Source of the DNA: Rikenella microfusus
Lineage (GTDB): Bacteria; Bacteroidota; Bacteroidia; Bacteroidales; DYQK01
Assembly (NCBI GenBank): GCA_020719385.1
Contig: DYQK01000001.1
Location: 5,630 to 69,629, forward strand
Reading direction: 5' to 3'
DNA: 64,000 nt
Below are positions 1-11,547 of this stretch, in pieces. A program made the position numbers and the translations under genes. The notes under the pieces were generated by a model that saw only the letters and a list, made by a program, of their open reading frames with translations, made no database searches and was not told the DNA's origin. Position 1 is the first letter of the stretch. Each line of letters starts with the position of its first letter.

Positions 1-272
1 GAAAGGTCGTCCAATTCAAATTTTGCCATTTCTCGAAGTTCGTCATCTTTTTCGTCAGAAAGAATTAATTTCGAATTATCAATATTGCTAAGAACATTTT
101 TATAATCTTTGTATGCGGCAATAATTGGTTGAAGGTCTTTGTATTCTTTGTTTAATTTCACATAACGCTTCATATCATTGAGCAACGAAGGGTCAGAGAT
201 TTGGGCAAAAATGTCTTCAAATTTTTGAGCAATACTCTCTAATTTGTTTAAAATCAAATTTTCACTCATCAT
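1..272 (-). CDS. prfA: Peptide chain release factor 1, N-terminal part (runs off the window)
   Basis: Manual translation MMSENLILNKLESIAQKFEDIFAQISDPSLLNDMKRYVKLNKEYKDLQPI...DDELREMAK matches the RF1 N-terminus; TAnnTTTG box upstream at 290-299. Confidence 0.9.
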   Translation of the reverse strand, partial: MMSENLILNKLESIAQKFEDIFAQISDPSLLNDMKRYVKLNKEYKDLQPIIAAYKDYKNVLSNIDNSKLILSDEKDDELREMAKFELDDL

Positions 273-289
273 TTTAAATTTTTTCGAGC

Positions 290-299
290 TGCAAAGATA
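290..299 (-). promoter_or_regulatory. Bacteroidota housekeeping promoter -7 box (TATCTTTGCA) for prfA
   Basis: Matches TAnnTTTG. Similar boxes occur near 4133(-), 8393(-), 10409(+), 16544(+), 19114(+), 21708(+), 23102(+), 27387(-), 37132(+), 43328(-), 47301(-), 48224(-), 49395(-), 49550(+), 53253(-), 62898(-). Confidence 0.75.
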
Positions 300-435
300 A
301 ATATTTTTTTTAATTTAACGAAAAATATTTCGAAAAATATTTGTTTTTCAAAAAGAGTTTTATTTTGACAAGTTTATTTGAGAAAAATTTTGTTTTTTCG
401 AAAAAAATTCTTATTTTTGTGAAAAATCAATTTTT

Positions 436-972
436 ATGAAACGAATAATTTTGTGTTTAATTTTGAGTATTGCGTTTTTTTCAAATTTCGCTCAATGTAC
501 GCGTTTTGCGAAATATCCCATCGGCGATTCTGAAACTTTTGCGTATTTTGTTGGGAAACCCGATTCTGTCGAAGTTTCTAAAATGGAAAACGGAAATATA
601 GTTTACTCTACTTCGAATGTTTGCAACAACACAACTTTTGGAATTTTAGTGATAAAATTTGCAAATCCCATTTCTGCGGACAAAAAAACGCAGCAAGAAT
701 TACTCATCAACTATATGAATGTGACGAAAGAATTGTGCAACATTACGAAATCTACAGGTGTCGGACTCGGACATACGCATCCCAAAAATGCCGAAGCACA
801 AGGAATAATCGATTTTTGTTCAGACGCAAAAGACAATAATTTTAACTTGAAGGCGTGGATTAATACGAGATATGCAGCTATTTTGTACATAAGTTTCTCG
901 CCGCAAAACGAGTTAAATTTCAATATTCAGCAATTATTTCTCAATGGTTTTCGCTTTTCGGGAAAAGAGTAA
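436..972 (+). CDS. Hypothetical exported protein
   Basis: 178 aa ORF with a signal peptide (MKRIILCLILSIAFFSNFAQ) and an upstream promoter box. Confidence 0.75.
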   Translation: MKRIILCLILSIAFFSNFAQCTRFAKYPIGDSETFAYFVGKPDSVEVSKMENGNIVYSTSNVCNNTTFGILVIKFANPISADKKTQQELLINYMNVTKELCNITKSTGVGLGHTHPKNAEAQGIIDFCSDAKDNNFNLKAWINTRYAAILYISFSPQNELNFNIQQLFLNGFRFSGKE

Positions 973-980
973 CATTTTAG

Positions 981-1012
981 TTTCTGTCAGATTCTAAAAT
1001 ATTTGACAGAAA
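981..1012. repeat. REP-like palindrome, family 1, copy A
   Basis: TTTCTGTCAGAT-TCTAAAAT-ATTTGACAGAAA between convergent genes. Confidence 0.8.
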
Positions 1013-1019
1013 TTTTTTG

Positions 1020-1961
1020 TTAAAAAATGGTTTTCAGAAACGGATGATAATCGTCGACAAGACTTGTTGGCTCGCTGTTGCGAATTTGATGAATAATTTC
1101 GATGCTTTCTCTTGCTTCTTTGATTCCAAAACCCTCGTTTTGCAAAATTTTCTCGTAAGAAAGAGTGTGTAAATCAACGAAACCGTCACTAAACTCAATT
1201 TCTTCGTTCTCAATTTTTATTGAACGAAACGTTCTTTTTCCTAAGATTTTTTCAGAATCAGGAATATCGTTAAAATCAATGCTCAAAAACCAACGCACTG
1301 TCGCTTTTTCCAAGAATAAAATTCCTGCCGCTTTGTTGGGTTTCAAAAGATGAACAATATTTTTCTGCACTTTTCCGAAAATCCAAATCAACATATCGAA
1401 AAAATGAACGCCGATGTTAGTCGTAATGCCTCCCGATTTCGAAATATCGGCTTTCCACGAGGAGAAATACCATTTGCCGCGCGAGGTAATATACGTTAGG
1501 TCTATCTGAAAATTTTTTTGTTCGGACAAAGAAATTTTATTTTTCAACGAAATAATGGTCGGATGCAGTCGAAGTTGCAAAATTGTATTAATTTTTTTGC
1601 CTGTTTCTGTCTCGATTTCCTGCAACGCATCGAGATTCCAAGGATTCAAAACTAAGGGCTTTTCACAAATTGCGTCAGCATTTTGCCGCAACGCAAAACG
1701 AATGTGCGAATCGTGCAAATAATTTGGCGTGCAAATACTCACAAAATCAATTTTTTGTTCATTTCTGCGAAGTTTGTCCAAATGTCTGTCGAAACGTTCA
1801 AATTCTAAGAAAAAATCCGATTCAGGAAAAAAATTATCCAGAATTCCAACATTGTCGTGCTTGTCGAGTGCCGCAACAAGTTCATTTTTTGTTTCCTTAA
1901 TTGCCTTGAAATGTCGCACCGCAATAAAACCCGCCGCACCCATAAGAGCAAATTTTTTCAT
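1020..1961 (-). CDS. wbpB: Gfo/Idh/MocA oxidoreductase, WbpB/WlbA-like UDP-GlcNAcA 3-dehydrogenase
   Basis: FALMGAAGFIA, ICTPNYLHDSHI, CEKPLVLNPWN, TNIGVHFFD motifs. Confidence 0.8.
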   Translation of the reverse strand: MKKFALMGAAGFIAVRHFKAIKETKNELVAALDKHDNVGILDNFFPESDFFLEFERFDRHLDKLRRNEQKIDFVSICTPNYLHDSHIRFALRQNADAICEKPLVLNPWNLDALQEIETETGKKINTILQLRLHPTIISLKNKISLSEQKNFQIDLTYITSRGKWYFSSWKADISKSGGITTNIGVHFFDMLIWIFGKVQKNIVHLLKPNKAAGILFLEKATVRWFLSIDFNDIPDSEKILGKRTFRSIKIENEEIEFSDGFVDLHTLSYEKILQNEGFGIKEARESIEIIHQIRNSEPTSLVDDYHPFLKTIF

Positions 1962-1964
1962 TTT

Positions 1965-4097
1965 TTACAAATTTTTTGCGAAATAACCTTTTTCAATAAC
2001 AGAATAGCAATTCACTTGATTTTCAACACATTGCTGTTTCCATTTCACCACATTTTTCCAAGAATTTGACGAATCAATAATAATTTCTTTCACCTCAAAC
2101 ATCAAGAGAAGTTGCGAAATAGAAATTTCTGCGTTTTGAGATAAAATTAAATAATCAAGTTTTATTTTTTGCGAAATATTTTTCGAAAATTGAAAATCCG
2201 AATTTATGACTTTGATTCGAAGCGAATGAAAACTCAAAAAATTGTCTTTGTAAAATAAAAACGGCGATAAGTTGTTGATTTTCAACTCATTAAAACGGAG
2301 TAAGGTTGCATCGTGTGCGCTAAGTGAAGTCCAATAATTTCGAAGATGAAAACTAATTTTGTTTGCGGTAACATTTGAATCGCAGATAAAAATATTTTTT
2401 TCTCCGTCAATAAAATTATATGCCGAGCAGCCGCTAATTGCGTAGACGTAAAAACTTTTTTGTTTAAGTTGTTGAAAATCAAATGTTAAACGAAAAACAT
2501 AAAACGCAATAATGAAATAAAAACCATATTTTATCAAATAAATTTTTCGATAAGTGAAAAATAAACTGACCGAGAAGATTGCCCCAAACAACAAAATCAT
2601 TTCCAGCCATCGAATTTCGATTCCGTGAATTGTCGAGAAAGGCAAATTTTCAATAAAAATCACTAAAAAATTTAACAATTTCACCGAATAATTTAGCAAA
2701 ATACTCAAAAAAGCCGCAACAGGTTCGAGAAACGAAACTAAAAAGAGTAAACCGCCGCCTGCAAGAATAATTGTCGAAAGCGGCACCGCAACAAAATTGC
2801 CGAGTAAAAAATAATTCGGAAATTGATGAAAATAATAAAGTCCGATGGGAAAAGTTCCTATCTGAGCGGCAACTGAGACACTTGTCAAAGCCCAAATTTT
2901 TTGCGAAATAAAATTTTTGGGTTCGTACAAATGAAAAATCATCGGGTAGAAGTAAACCAACGAAAAAACAGCAATAAACGAGAGAACAAAACCTATGTCA
3001 TTGATTAGCAACGGATTCCATAACAAAAGAAAAAACGCCGAAGCCGCCATAGTGTTATAAATATTTGAGTTTTTTTGCAAAGATTGCCCCAAAATAACAA
3101 ACGAGAACATTACCGTTGCCCTCAAAACGGCAGGCGAGAGTCCCGAAATAAACGCAAAAAACCATATAAAAAGCAACGTAATTAAGGGTTTTAAAATTTT
3201 TCCAAAACGAGGTTTATCTAAGAAAAAGAGAAAATATTGAATTAATAACGCAACAATTCCCACGTGCATCCCCGAAACCGAGAGAATGTGCATCGCACCT
3301 GAGGCGGAATAGGCTTGCAAAAGATTGTTGTCAATGTCGGCTCTGTAACCAAGAGTCAATGCGGAAAGTACGGCAAATTCTTCACCTTCGAAACCATATT
3401 TCTCATAAATTTTCAATAATTTTGTGCGAAGTTTATCTGCGTACAAGAGAAAAATATTTCCTTGATTTTTTTCTATCAAAGTCCATTCGTTTTTTGAGAT
3501 AAAAATTTGCAAAAAAATATCGTTGTTGGCAGAATATTTTTGATAATCAAATTCTCTTGGGTTTTGCGGTGCAGTAACGTTGTTAAATTTTGTTTTTAAA
3601 ATAATTTTATCGCCGTAACACAAAAGATTTGCGTTAGAATCTTTGCGAAAATACACCCAACTTTTAAAATTGACTTTTTTCCATTCGTTATTTTGCAAAA
3701 TTGCCTGAATTTCGAGACACGTTTTTGTCGATTTTTCTCGAATCAGTGGCGGCTGAATAATTATTCCGCATGCTGTTGTCGCAGAATCTTGCAAAATCGA
3801 GGTCGGCGGCTTATTTGTACAAAAATAAGAATCAATAAAACCTATCGAAAAAATAAAAATAGACAAAATTGTCCCAAAAATCCAACGCAAAGAATAATTT
3901 TCGAGAATTTTCTTAGAAAAAAAAACACACAAAAGCGAAATAAATGCAATAATTCCTAAAATTGTCGTTGCAAAAATTAAATTTGAAAAATAATTACACA
4001 GCAATATTCCAAAAATAAACGGAATCAGCAGTCGCACAAAGGGAATTTTTCGCAATTCTCCACTAAAATCAAGGTGAAAAATTTGTTTGCTTTTCAA
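1965..4097 (-). CDS. comEC: ComEC/Rec2 competence membrane protein
   Basis: PQNPREFDY, GAMHILSVSGMHVG and SPAVLRA motifs; many TM segments; TTG start. Confidence 0.9.
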   Translation of the reverse strand: MKSKQIFHLDFSGELRKIPFVRLLIPFIFGILLCNYFSNLIFATTILGIIAFISLLCVFFSKKILENYSLRWIFGTILSIFIFSIGFIDSYFCTNKPPTSILQDSATTACGIIIQPPLIREKSTKTCLEIQAILQNNEWKKVNFKSWVYFRKDSNANLLCYGDKIILKTKFNNVTAPQNPREFDYQKYSANNDIFLQIFISKNEWTLIEKNQGNIFLLYADKLRTKLLKIYEKYGFEGEEFAVLSALTLGYRADIDNNLLQAYSASGAMHILSVSGMHVGIVALLIQYFLFFLDKPRFGKILKPLITLLFIWFFAFISGLSPAVLRATVMFSFVILGQSLQKNSNIYNTMAASAFFLLLWNPLLINDIGFVLSFIAVFSLVYFYPMIFHLYEPKNFISQKIWALTSVSVAAQIGTFPIGLYYFHQFPNYFLLGNFVAVPLSTIILAGGGLLFLVSFLEPVAAFLSILLNYSVKLLNFLVIFIENLPFSTIHGIEIRWLEMILLFGAIFSVSLFFTYRKIYLIKYGFYFIIAFYVFRLTFDFQQLKQKSFYVYAISGCSAYNFIDGEKNIFICDSNVTANKISFHLRNYWTSLSAHDATLLRFNELKINNLSPFLFYKDNFLSFHSLRIKVINSDFQFSKNISQKIKLDYLILSQNAEISISQLLLMFEVKEIIIDSSNSWKNVVKWKQQCVENQVNCYSVIEKGYFAKNL

Positions 4098-4166
4098 AAA
4101 TGTAAAAATTTAAAAGTTTAAAATATATTTTTCGCAAAAATAAAAAAAGTTTTTCGTTTAAACAAT

Positions 4167-4760
4167 TTATTTTTTGAAATTTTTGACAAAATTTTTAAGT
4201 TTCTCAAAGCATTGATGTTCAAAATCCCAAATATTTTTTTCTGCTGCGAGTCCTAAACTATTCACAAGCGGAGTTTTTAACGCAAGATAAATTAAAATTT
4301 TCGATTTGTAAATATTTTTTGGTGAAAATTCTAAACATTCAAATATTTTTTCAATACAAAATATCTCTTTACTCGCAAAGATAGATTCTAAACAAAGCGT
4401 TTCCAACATTCCGCACTGACAAGAATTTGGCATAATGTAAATTCCTGTGTTTATTTTTTCATTTTCTGTGAACGAAATTGCCTCTTTAGGACTTTTAAAA
4501 CCACATTTCTCCAACGACATTTTTATACTTTGAAAAGCATTTTCAAAATTTTCATCAGCATCGCGGACTAAACCGAGTTTTTTAACTTTTTCAAAACCTG
4601 AAACGGCTTTTAACGTTTTTAATTCTTTCGTAAAATTGTCTTTTCCTCCAACATTAAAAATTTGAACTTCGCCAATTTCTAAATGTTTGAGAAAAACTTT
4701 GAAAAAAATTTCCTCATCTTTTCCCTCAACAGCCAAAATATTTTCACACTTAACTTCCAT
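4167..4760 (-). CDS. DUF3226-like TOPRIM-fold protein
   Basis: VEGKDE ... GGK ... RDAD ... GMLETL motifs; starts 1 nt after the stop of the upstream ATPase. Confidence 0.7.
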   Translation of the reverse strand: MEVKCENILAVEGKDEEIFFKVFLKHLEIGEVQIFNVGGKDNFTKELKTLKAVSGFEKVKKLGLVRDADENFENAFQSIKMSLEKCGFKSPKEAISFTENEKINTGIYIMPNSCQCGMLETLCLESIFASKEIFCIEKIFECLEFSPKNIYKSKILIYLALKTPLVNSLGLAAEKNIWDFEHQCFEKLKNFVKNFKK

Positions 4761-4761
4761 A

Positions 4762-5859
4762 TTATCTCACCTCCCAATTTTTTTCTAACGCAATTTCAAG
4801 CATTTCTAAATCAAAAGCGACAGCCTGAAAACCGTTTTCAATGTTTTTTTCCAATCGAAAAAGACGGATTTGCTCGTCTTTTTGAGAATTTTTTTCAAAC
4901 AAATACGCTTTTCGAAACGCTTTAACGCACTCAATAGAATGCGTCACCGCAAAAATTTGAACATTATATTTTTTTGCCGCCTCAAAAATCGCTCGCCAAA
5001 TTATTTCTATCGATTTAAAATGAAAACCATTTTCCACCTCATCAATTAAAACGCAACCATTCGCAAAATTCGCAATAGTTACAATTATTGACAAAGAACG
5101 CCGAATTCCGTCACCCATAACATTTATCGGCACAAGTTGCTCCAAACCTGCATCACAATAAATCAAATTATCGGCTCCGATAACAATATTTTTTATCGTT
5201 TTATCAATTTTCGACAAAACCTCAATAACTTTTCCGATTTGTTTCGTTTTAATTAACATGTCTAAACTTTGCGGAAGTTGATTCGAAATACTTGCCGCAT
5301 TAATAATTGTGCTGTTTAAAGTTTCCCGATAATTTTGTGGTTGACGCAACTGATACAAAATTCCTTGCGAATCAGGATAAATTGCCGCTTTGTAAAAATC
5401 ACTTATTCCTTTTTTTGAGATAGTTATATCGTAAACATAACCGTCAACAAGTTGATTTCTCATTGAAGTTGAGAGAGAAAGCAATTTTTCGAAAAAATTT
5501 TTGTCGAGAGTTGTGTTAATCTCGTTATTTTCGCTTGATTTTTTATGCGGCGAAATAATTAATTTGCGTTTTTGCTCATCTAATTCTGCTTCGATGACAA
5601 CTTTGTTTTCATAATTTAACTTGTGATAAATTAATTGATGTTCTTTGTCATCGCCCAAAATATAATTTAATCCGCGAAGTTGGTTGATAGAAAACGGTAA
5701 TTGAGGATTCGAAATACCTGTAATGAGAAATAATGCCTCTAAAACGGTCGTTTTTCCGCAATTATTTTCGCCGACAAATAAATTTACTTGTCTAAAATCA
5801 TTGATTTCGAGTTTATCTATGCCTCGAAGATTCTCAATTCGCAAACTTTTGTACTTCAT
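4762..5859 (-). CDS. ABC-type ATPase (AAA_15/AAA_21, AbiEii/OLD-like)
   Basis: Walker A GENNCGKT, signature-like MGDG, Walker B LIDEVENGFH, THS; no TM segments. Confidence 0.85.
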   Translation of the reverse strand: MKYKSLRIENLRGIDKLEINDFRQVNLFVGENNCGKTTVLEALFLITGISNPQLPFSINQLRGLNYILGDDKEHQLIYHKLNYENKVVIEAELDEQKRKLIISPHKKSSENNEINTTLDKNFFEKLLSLSTSMRNQLVDGYVYDITISKKGISDFYKAAIYPDSQGILYQLRQPQNYRETLNSTIINAASISNQLPQSLDMLIKTKQIGKVIEVLSKIDKTIKNIVIGADNLIYCDAGLEQLVPINVMGDGIRRSLSIIVTIANFANGCVLIDEVENGFHFKSIEIIWRAIFEAAKKYNVQIFAVTHSIECVKAFRKAYLFEKNSQKDEQIRLFRLEKNIENGFQAVAFDLEMLEIALEKNWEVR

Positions 5860-5875
5860 TTTTTTCGTTTTTAAA

Positions 5876-5913
5876 AAAGTTTTTCACTTTTCCTGCGAAA
5901 AATGAAAAACTTT
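5876..5913. terminator. Hairpin downstream of pheT (palindrome family 2)
   Basis: AAAGTTTTTCACTTTTC-CTGC-GAAAAATGAAAAACTTT. Confidence 0.6.
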
Positions 5914-5925
5914 GTGAGTAAAATG

Positions 5926-8370
5926 TTATCGAATTTTCGCAGAAAGTTGTTTTTCGAATGTCGAAATCATTTTTTTCATAATTCCGTCAATCTGAGAATC
6001 GGTTAAAGTACGATTTTCGTCTTGCAAAACAAAACTTATCGCATAAGATTTTTTATTTTCGCCCAATTTTTCGTCTTGATAAATATCAAAAATCGAAACT
6101 TTTTTCAACAAACTTTTTTCAACAGACTCGGCTAACGTTTTTATTTGTTCAAAACGCACTTCATTATCGACCAATAATGCCAAATCTCGTCTCACTTCGG
6201 GATATTTCGCTATCTCGACATACTCAATTTTTTCAGAAAAATGTTTCAAAACATTGTCCCAATAAAAATCGGCAAAAAATATTTCTTGTTCAATATCGAA
6301 AAATTTTAACTTCGAAAATTGCGGATTCACCAAACCAAACTGCACAAAAATCTCGTTTTGCAACGAAAAAGTTAAACCATATTGAAAAATATCTTTTTGC
6401 GTTTCAGAAATTTGCCATTTCTCTGCATCAAAATTCAAATTTTTCAAAATATTTTCGACAAAAGTTTTTAACAAATAAAAACTTGTTGGTTTTTGCTTTT
6501 CCACCCAATTTTCTTCGCTTCGAAAACCCGTGAGAAATAAACTCAAATGTTGCTCTTCTTGATAAGAATTTAAACCATTTCCTGTTTTTTTCGAGTAACA
6601 ATTTCCAAATTCATACAATTTCAAATTCGGATTTTTATGATTTAAGTTGTGCGAAATGGCTTCGAGACCACCGAAAAGCAATGTTTGTCGCAAAACATTT
6701 AAGTCCGAACTCAACGGATTCGCAATTTTAACGCAAGAATCGGCAGGAAAAGTTTGCGAATAATCATAATACGCAGATTTTTGCAGCGAATTTGCCATCA
6801 TTTCGTTGAAACCGTTGCTGCTAAGAAAATTTGAAATCAAATTTCGAATTTTATGAGTGTCAGGTTTCGCTTGATAAGAAATTGCCGCATTGAGGTGCAA
6901 CGGAATTTCAACATTATTGTAACCATAAATTCGCAAAATTTCCTCAACAATGTCGGCAGGTTTTTGAACATCAACGCGATAAGGCGGCACTTTTAACGTT
7001 AACTCAAAGTCGTTTTCTGCAACAATTTTAATTTCGAGAGACGTTAAAATGTTTTTTATCACATTTTTCTCGATTTTTTTGCCGATTAACGAATCAATAT
7101 AATCGAAAGAAATTTTAATTTCAAAATCCTGAATTGGTTTTGGGTAAATATCGGTGATTTCGGAAGAAATTTCACCGCCAGCAACTTGCTGAATCAAAAG
7201 AGCAGTGCGTTTGAGTGCAAAAATTTGAACATTTGGGTCAACACCGCGTTCAAAACGAAACGAAGCGTCTGTGTTTAAACCGTGTTTTTTCGAAGTTTTG
7301 CGAATAAAAGTTGGGTTAAAATACGCACTTTCCAGAAAAATATTTGTCGTATTTTCAGAAACGCCCGAATCTTTGCCGCCAAAAACGCCTCCAATACACA
7401 TTCCGCCAAACGAATCGCAAATCATTAAGTCTTCGGCAAACAATTTTCGTTCCACACCATCGAGAGTTACAAATTGCGTTCCTTCGTTTAATGTCTTGAT
7501 AATGACTTTGTTACCGTTAATTTTATCTGCGTCAAAAGCGTGAAGCGGCTGCCCCAATTCGTGTAAAACGAAATTCGTAACATCAACAATGTTGTTGATA
7601 GGTTTTTGCCCGATGGCTTTTAATTTATTTTTCAGCCAATTCGGCGATTCAGCAACTTTTATATTCGAAATCGTTAAACCTGCGTAACGCGGACACGCTT
7701 CGATATTTTCGACTTCGACAAAAATAAAATTTTCAGTTTTGTCAATTTTAAAATTGTCAACAGACGGTTTTCGCAACGAAATATTTTTCCCCTGATTTTT
7801 GAAAAACGCAAATAAATCGCGGGCAACTCCAAAATGCGAGGCGGCATCAATATGGTTTGGCGTGATGGCAACTTCGATAATTGTGTCTTTGTAAACTCCG
7901 AAATAATCTTTTGCGAGAGTGCCGATTTTAGTTTCTGCGGGCAAAACCATTATTCCCTCGTGAGAAGTGCCGATTCCGATTTCGTCTTCTGCACAAATCA
8001 TTCCTTCGGAAAGTTCGCCGCGAATTTTTGCCTGTTTAATTTGAAAAGATTCCTCGCCTTTGTAAATTGTTGTCCCGATGGTTGCGACAATGACTTTTTG
8101 CCCTGCTTCGACATTTGAGGCACCGCAAACTATCGACAATAATTTTTCTTTGCCGACATCAACGGTTGTTAAACTCAATTTATCTGCCGATGGATGTTTA
8201 ATTTTGGTTTTTACCTCGCCGACAACAAACCCTTCGAGTCCGCCTTTGACAGACTCGTAAGTTTCAATTCCTTCGACTTCTAAACCAATGGAAGTTAAAA
8301 TTTTCCCCAATTCTTCGGGAGAAGCGTCAATAGATAAATATTCTTTGAGCCAAGAATAAGAAATTTTCAT
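5926..8370 (-). CDS. pheT: Phenylalanine--tRNA ligase beta subunit
   Basis: MKISYSWLKEY, IVCGASNV, SEGMIC, RFERGVD, VRRDLA motifs; 814 aa. Confidence 0.97.
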   Translation of the reverse strand: MKISYSWLKEYLSIDASPEELGKILTSIGLEVEGIETYESVKGGLEGFVVGEVKTKIKHPSADKLSLTTVDVGKEKLLSIVCGASNVEAGQKVIVATIGTTIYKGEESFQIKQAKIRGELSEGMICAEDEIGIGTSHEGIMVLPAETKIGTLAKDYFGVYKDTIIEVAITPNHIDAASHFGVARDLFAFFKNQGKNISLRKPSVDNFKIDKTENFIFVEVENIEACPRYAGLTISNIKVAESPNWLKNKLKAIGQKPINNIVDVTNFVLHELGQPLHAFDADKINGNKVIIKTLNEGTQFVTLDGVERKLFAEDLMICDSFGGMCIGGVFGGKDSGVSENTTNIFLESAYFNPTFIRKTSKKHGLNTDASFRFERGVDPNVQIFALKRTALLIQQVAGGEISSEITDIYPKPIQDFEIKISFDYIDSLIGKKIEKNVIKNILTSLEIKIVAENDFELTLKVPPYRVDVQKPADIVEEILRIYGYNNVEIPLHLNAAISYQAKPDTHKIRNLISNFLSSNGFNEMMANSLQKSAYYDYSQTFPADSCVKIANPLSSDLNVLRQTLLFGGLEAISHNLNHKNPNLKLYEFGNCYSKKTGNGLNSYQEEQHLSLFLTGFRSEENWVEKQKPTSFYLLKTFVENILKNLNFDAEKWQISETQKDIFQYGLTFSLQNEIFVQFGLVNPQFSKLKFFDIEQEIFFADFYWDNVLKHFSEKIEYVEIAKYPEVRRDLALLVDNEVRFEQIKTLAESVEKSLLKKVSIFDIYQDEKLGENKKSYAISFVLQDENRTLTDSQIDGIMKKMISTFEKQLSAKIR

Positions 8371-8440
8371 TTTTTCTCGAATTTTTTAAACCCGCAAAGA
8401 TAAAAATTTTTTGAGAAAAAAAGAATTTTTTGTTAAAATT

Positions 8441-8472
8441 AACTTGCCAAATTTTTCAAAATCTGACAGGTT
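8441..8472. repeat. REP-like palindrome, family 1, copy B
   Basis: AACTTGCCAAATTTT-TC-AAAATCTGACAGGTT just past the dnaJ stop. Confidence 0.7.
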
Positions 8473-8490
8473 TGCTTGTAAAAAAATATT

Positions 8491-9627
8491 TTAACTAAAA
8501 AAGTCTTGCACTTTTTTGAAAAAAGTTTTTTCACTCGAATTTGGATTTGGTGAAAAACTGGGTGATTTTGCCAATTTCTCAAGAATTTTGTGTTCATCTT
8601 TCGAAACATCTTTTGGAATCCAAACATTCACTCGAACTAACAAATCGCCGCGGGAATAACCGTTCACATCGGGCAAACCTTTGCTTCGCAAACGCAAAAT
8701 TTTGCCTGTTTGTGTTCCTGGGTCAATCTTAACTTTTGCTTTGCCGTCAAGTGTTGGAATTTCAACGGTTGTTCCTAATATTGCGTCAGGAACGCTGACA
8801 AATAATTGATAAAGCAAATCATTTTCGTGTCGCACAAGTTCGGGATGTGGTTCTTCCTCAATAACAATGATTAAATCGCCGTTCATTCCGTTTCTGCGTC
8901 CTGCATTTCCTTTTCCTGAAACAGATAACTGCATTCCTTCGGCTACTCCAGCAGGAATATTGATGGTTAAAACTTCGTCTTCTTTAACTATTCCCTCGCC
9001 GTGGCAACTTGAACATCGATTTTGAATGATTCTTCCGTCTCCGCCGCAAGTTGGACAAACGGTTGCTGTCTGAATTCTGCCGAAAAAGCTGTTTTGCATT
9101 TGCATTACTTGTCCCGTTCCGTGGCAAGTGTTGCATTTTGACGGAGTTGAACCTTTCGCTGCACCGCTTCCTAAACATTCTTTGCAAGGAACGTATTTGT
9201 TCACTTTGATTTTCTTTTCGACACCTTCAGAAATTTCTTTGAGAGTAAGTTTCACTTTCACTCGAAGATTAGAACCTCTGTTGACTCCGCGTCTTGTGTC
9301 GCCTCTTGAGGAGCCGAATCCGAAACCAAATCCTTGAAAAATATCTTCGAAACGCGAGAAAATGTCTTCCATTGAGGAGAAATCGCTTGCTCCGCCTGTT
9401 GTGCCCATTCCTGCGTGTCCGAATTGGTCGTAACGACTGCGTTTTGTGTCATCACTCAATACTTCGTAAGCCTCTGCCGCTTCTTTAAATTTTTCCTCTG
9501 CGGCTTTGTCATCAGGATTTCGGTCAGGGTGATATTTTAACGCAAGTTGTCGATATGCTTTTTTTATTTCCTCTTTCGAAGCATTTTTGTCAACACCTAA
9601 TACTTCGTAATAATCTCTTTTTTCCAT
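8491..9627 (-). CDS. dnaJ: Chaperone DnaJ
   Basis: J domain with HPD, G/F-rich region, four CxxCxGxG motifs. Confidence 0.98.
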   Translation of the reverse strand: MEKRDYYEVLGVDKNASKEEIKKAYRQLALKYHPDRNPDDKAAEEKFKEAAEAYEVLSDDTKRSRYDQFGHAGMGTTGGASDFSSMEDIFSRFEDIFQGFGFGFGSSRGDTRRGVNRGSNLRVKVKLTLKEISEGVEKKIKVNKYVPCKECLGSGAAKGSTPSKCNTCHGTGQVMQMQNSFFGRIQTATVCPTCGGDGRIIQNRCSSCHGEGIVKEDEVLTINIPAGVAEGMQLSVSGKGNAGRRNGMNGDLIIVIEEEPHPELVRHENDLLYQLFVSVPDAILGTTVEIPTLDGKAKVKIDPGTQTGKILRLRSKGLPDVNGYSRGDLLVRVNVWIPKDVSKDEHKILEKLAKSPSFSPNPNSSEKTFFKKVQDFFS

Positions 9628-9644
9628 AATTTTTTGATAAAAAA

Positions 9645-10238
9645 TTATTCACCAACGACAACCTTCGCAAAACGAATCACTTTGTCGTGCAGAAAATATC
9701 CTTTTTCAACAACGTCAACAATTTTATTTTTCAATTCGGGTTTTGGAGCAGGAATTTTCGTTATTGCCTCGTGAAAATCAGCATTGAAATTTGCATCTGA
9801 GATCTCTATTGAACGAATGCCGCGCTGTGCGAGAAATTCTTTGAACTTATTGTAAATCAACTCGATACCTTGTTTTATTGCGTCAGGGTCTTTTGCAATT
9901 TGCAACGAATTTAAAGCACGCTCAAAATTGTCAATAATCGGTAGAAGGTTCACCAAAATTTCCTCGCCTGCCGTTTTTATCAATTCCATTCGCTCTTTGA
10001 GAGTGCGTTTGCGATAATTGTCATATTCTGCTGACAAACGAAAATATTTGTCAGTCATTTCCGACAATTTGGCAGTTAATTCTGCAATTTCATCATTTTT
10101 TTCCTGCTTAGAAGACGAATCTTGTGAGGAGGAATTTGCATTGAAAGAGTCAGAAACATTTTGAGAATCTACGTCTTTTTTTTCGTTATTGGTTTCCTCA
10201 ACTACTTGATTTTCTTGATTTTGCACCTTTTCGTCCAT
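9645..10238 (-). CDS. grpE: Nucleotide exchange factor GrpE
   Basis: [33 protein letters not shown]; start moved to MDEKVQ at 10238. Confidence 0.95.
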   Translation of the reverse strand: MDEKVQNQENQVVEETNNEKKDVDSQNVSDSFNANSSSQDSSSKQEKNDEIAELTAKLSEMTDKYFRLSAEYDNYRKRTLKERMELIKTAGEEILVNLLPIIDNFERALNSLQIAKDPDAIKQGIELIYNKFKEFLAQRGIRSIEISDANFNADFHEAITKIPAPKPELKNKIVDVVEKGYFLHDKVIRFAKVVVGE

Positions 10239-10309
10239 AGATTTTTTTCTCTTTTTTTTCGAATTAAACAAAGAAAATTTCATAAAAATTGAAATTTTTA
10301 CATTAATAC

Positions 10310-11458
<1,149 letters not shown>

Positions 11459-11482
11459 TTTTTTTATTAACTTTTTCTATAA

Positions 11483-11527
11483 AAAAACAGGTATTAATTT
11501 TTTTCAAAAAAGTTGATATCTGTTTTT
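11483..11527 (+). terminator. Probable terminator after gap
   Basis: AAAAACAGGTATTAA...TTGATATCTGTTTTT inverted repeat. Confidence 0.55.
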
Positions 11528-11547
11528 CTCATAAAAAATATTAAAAT

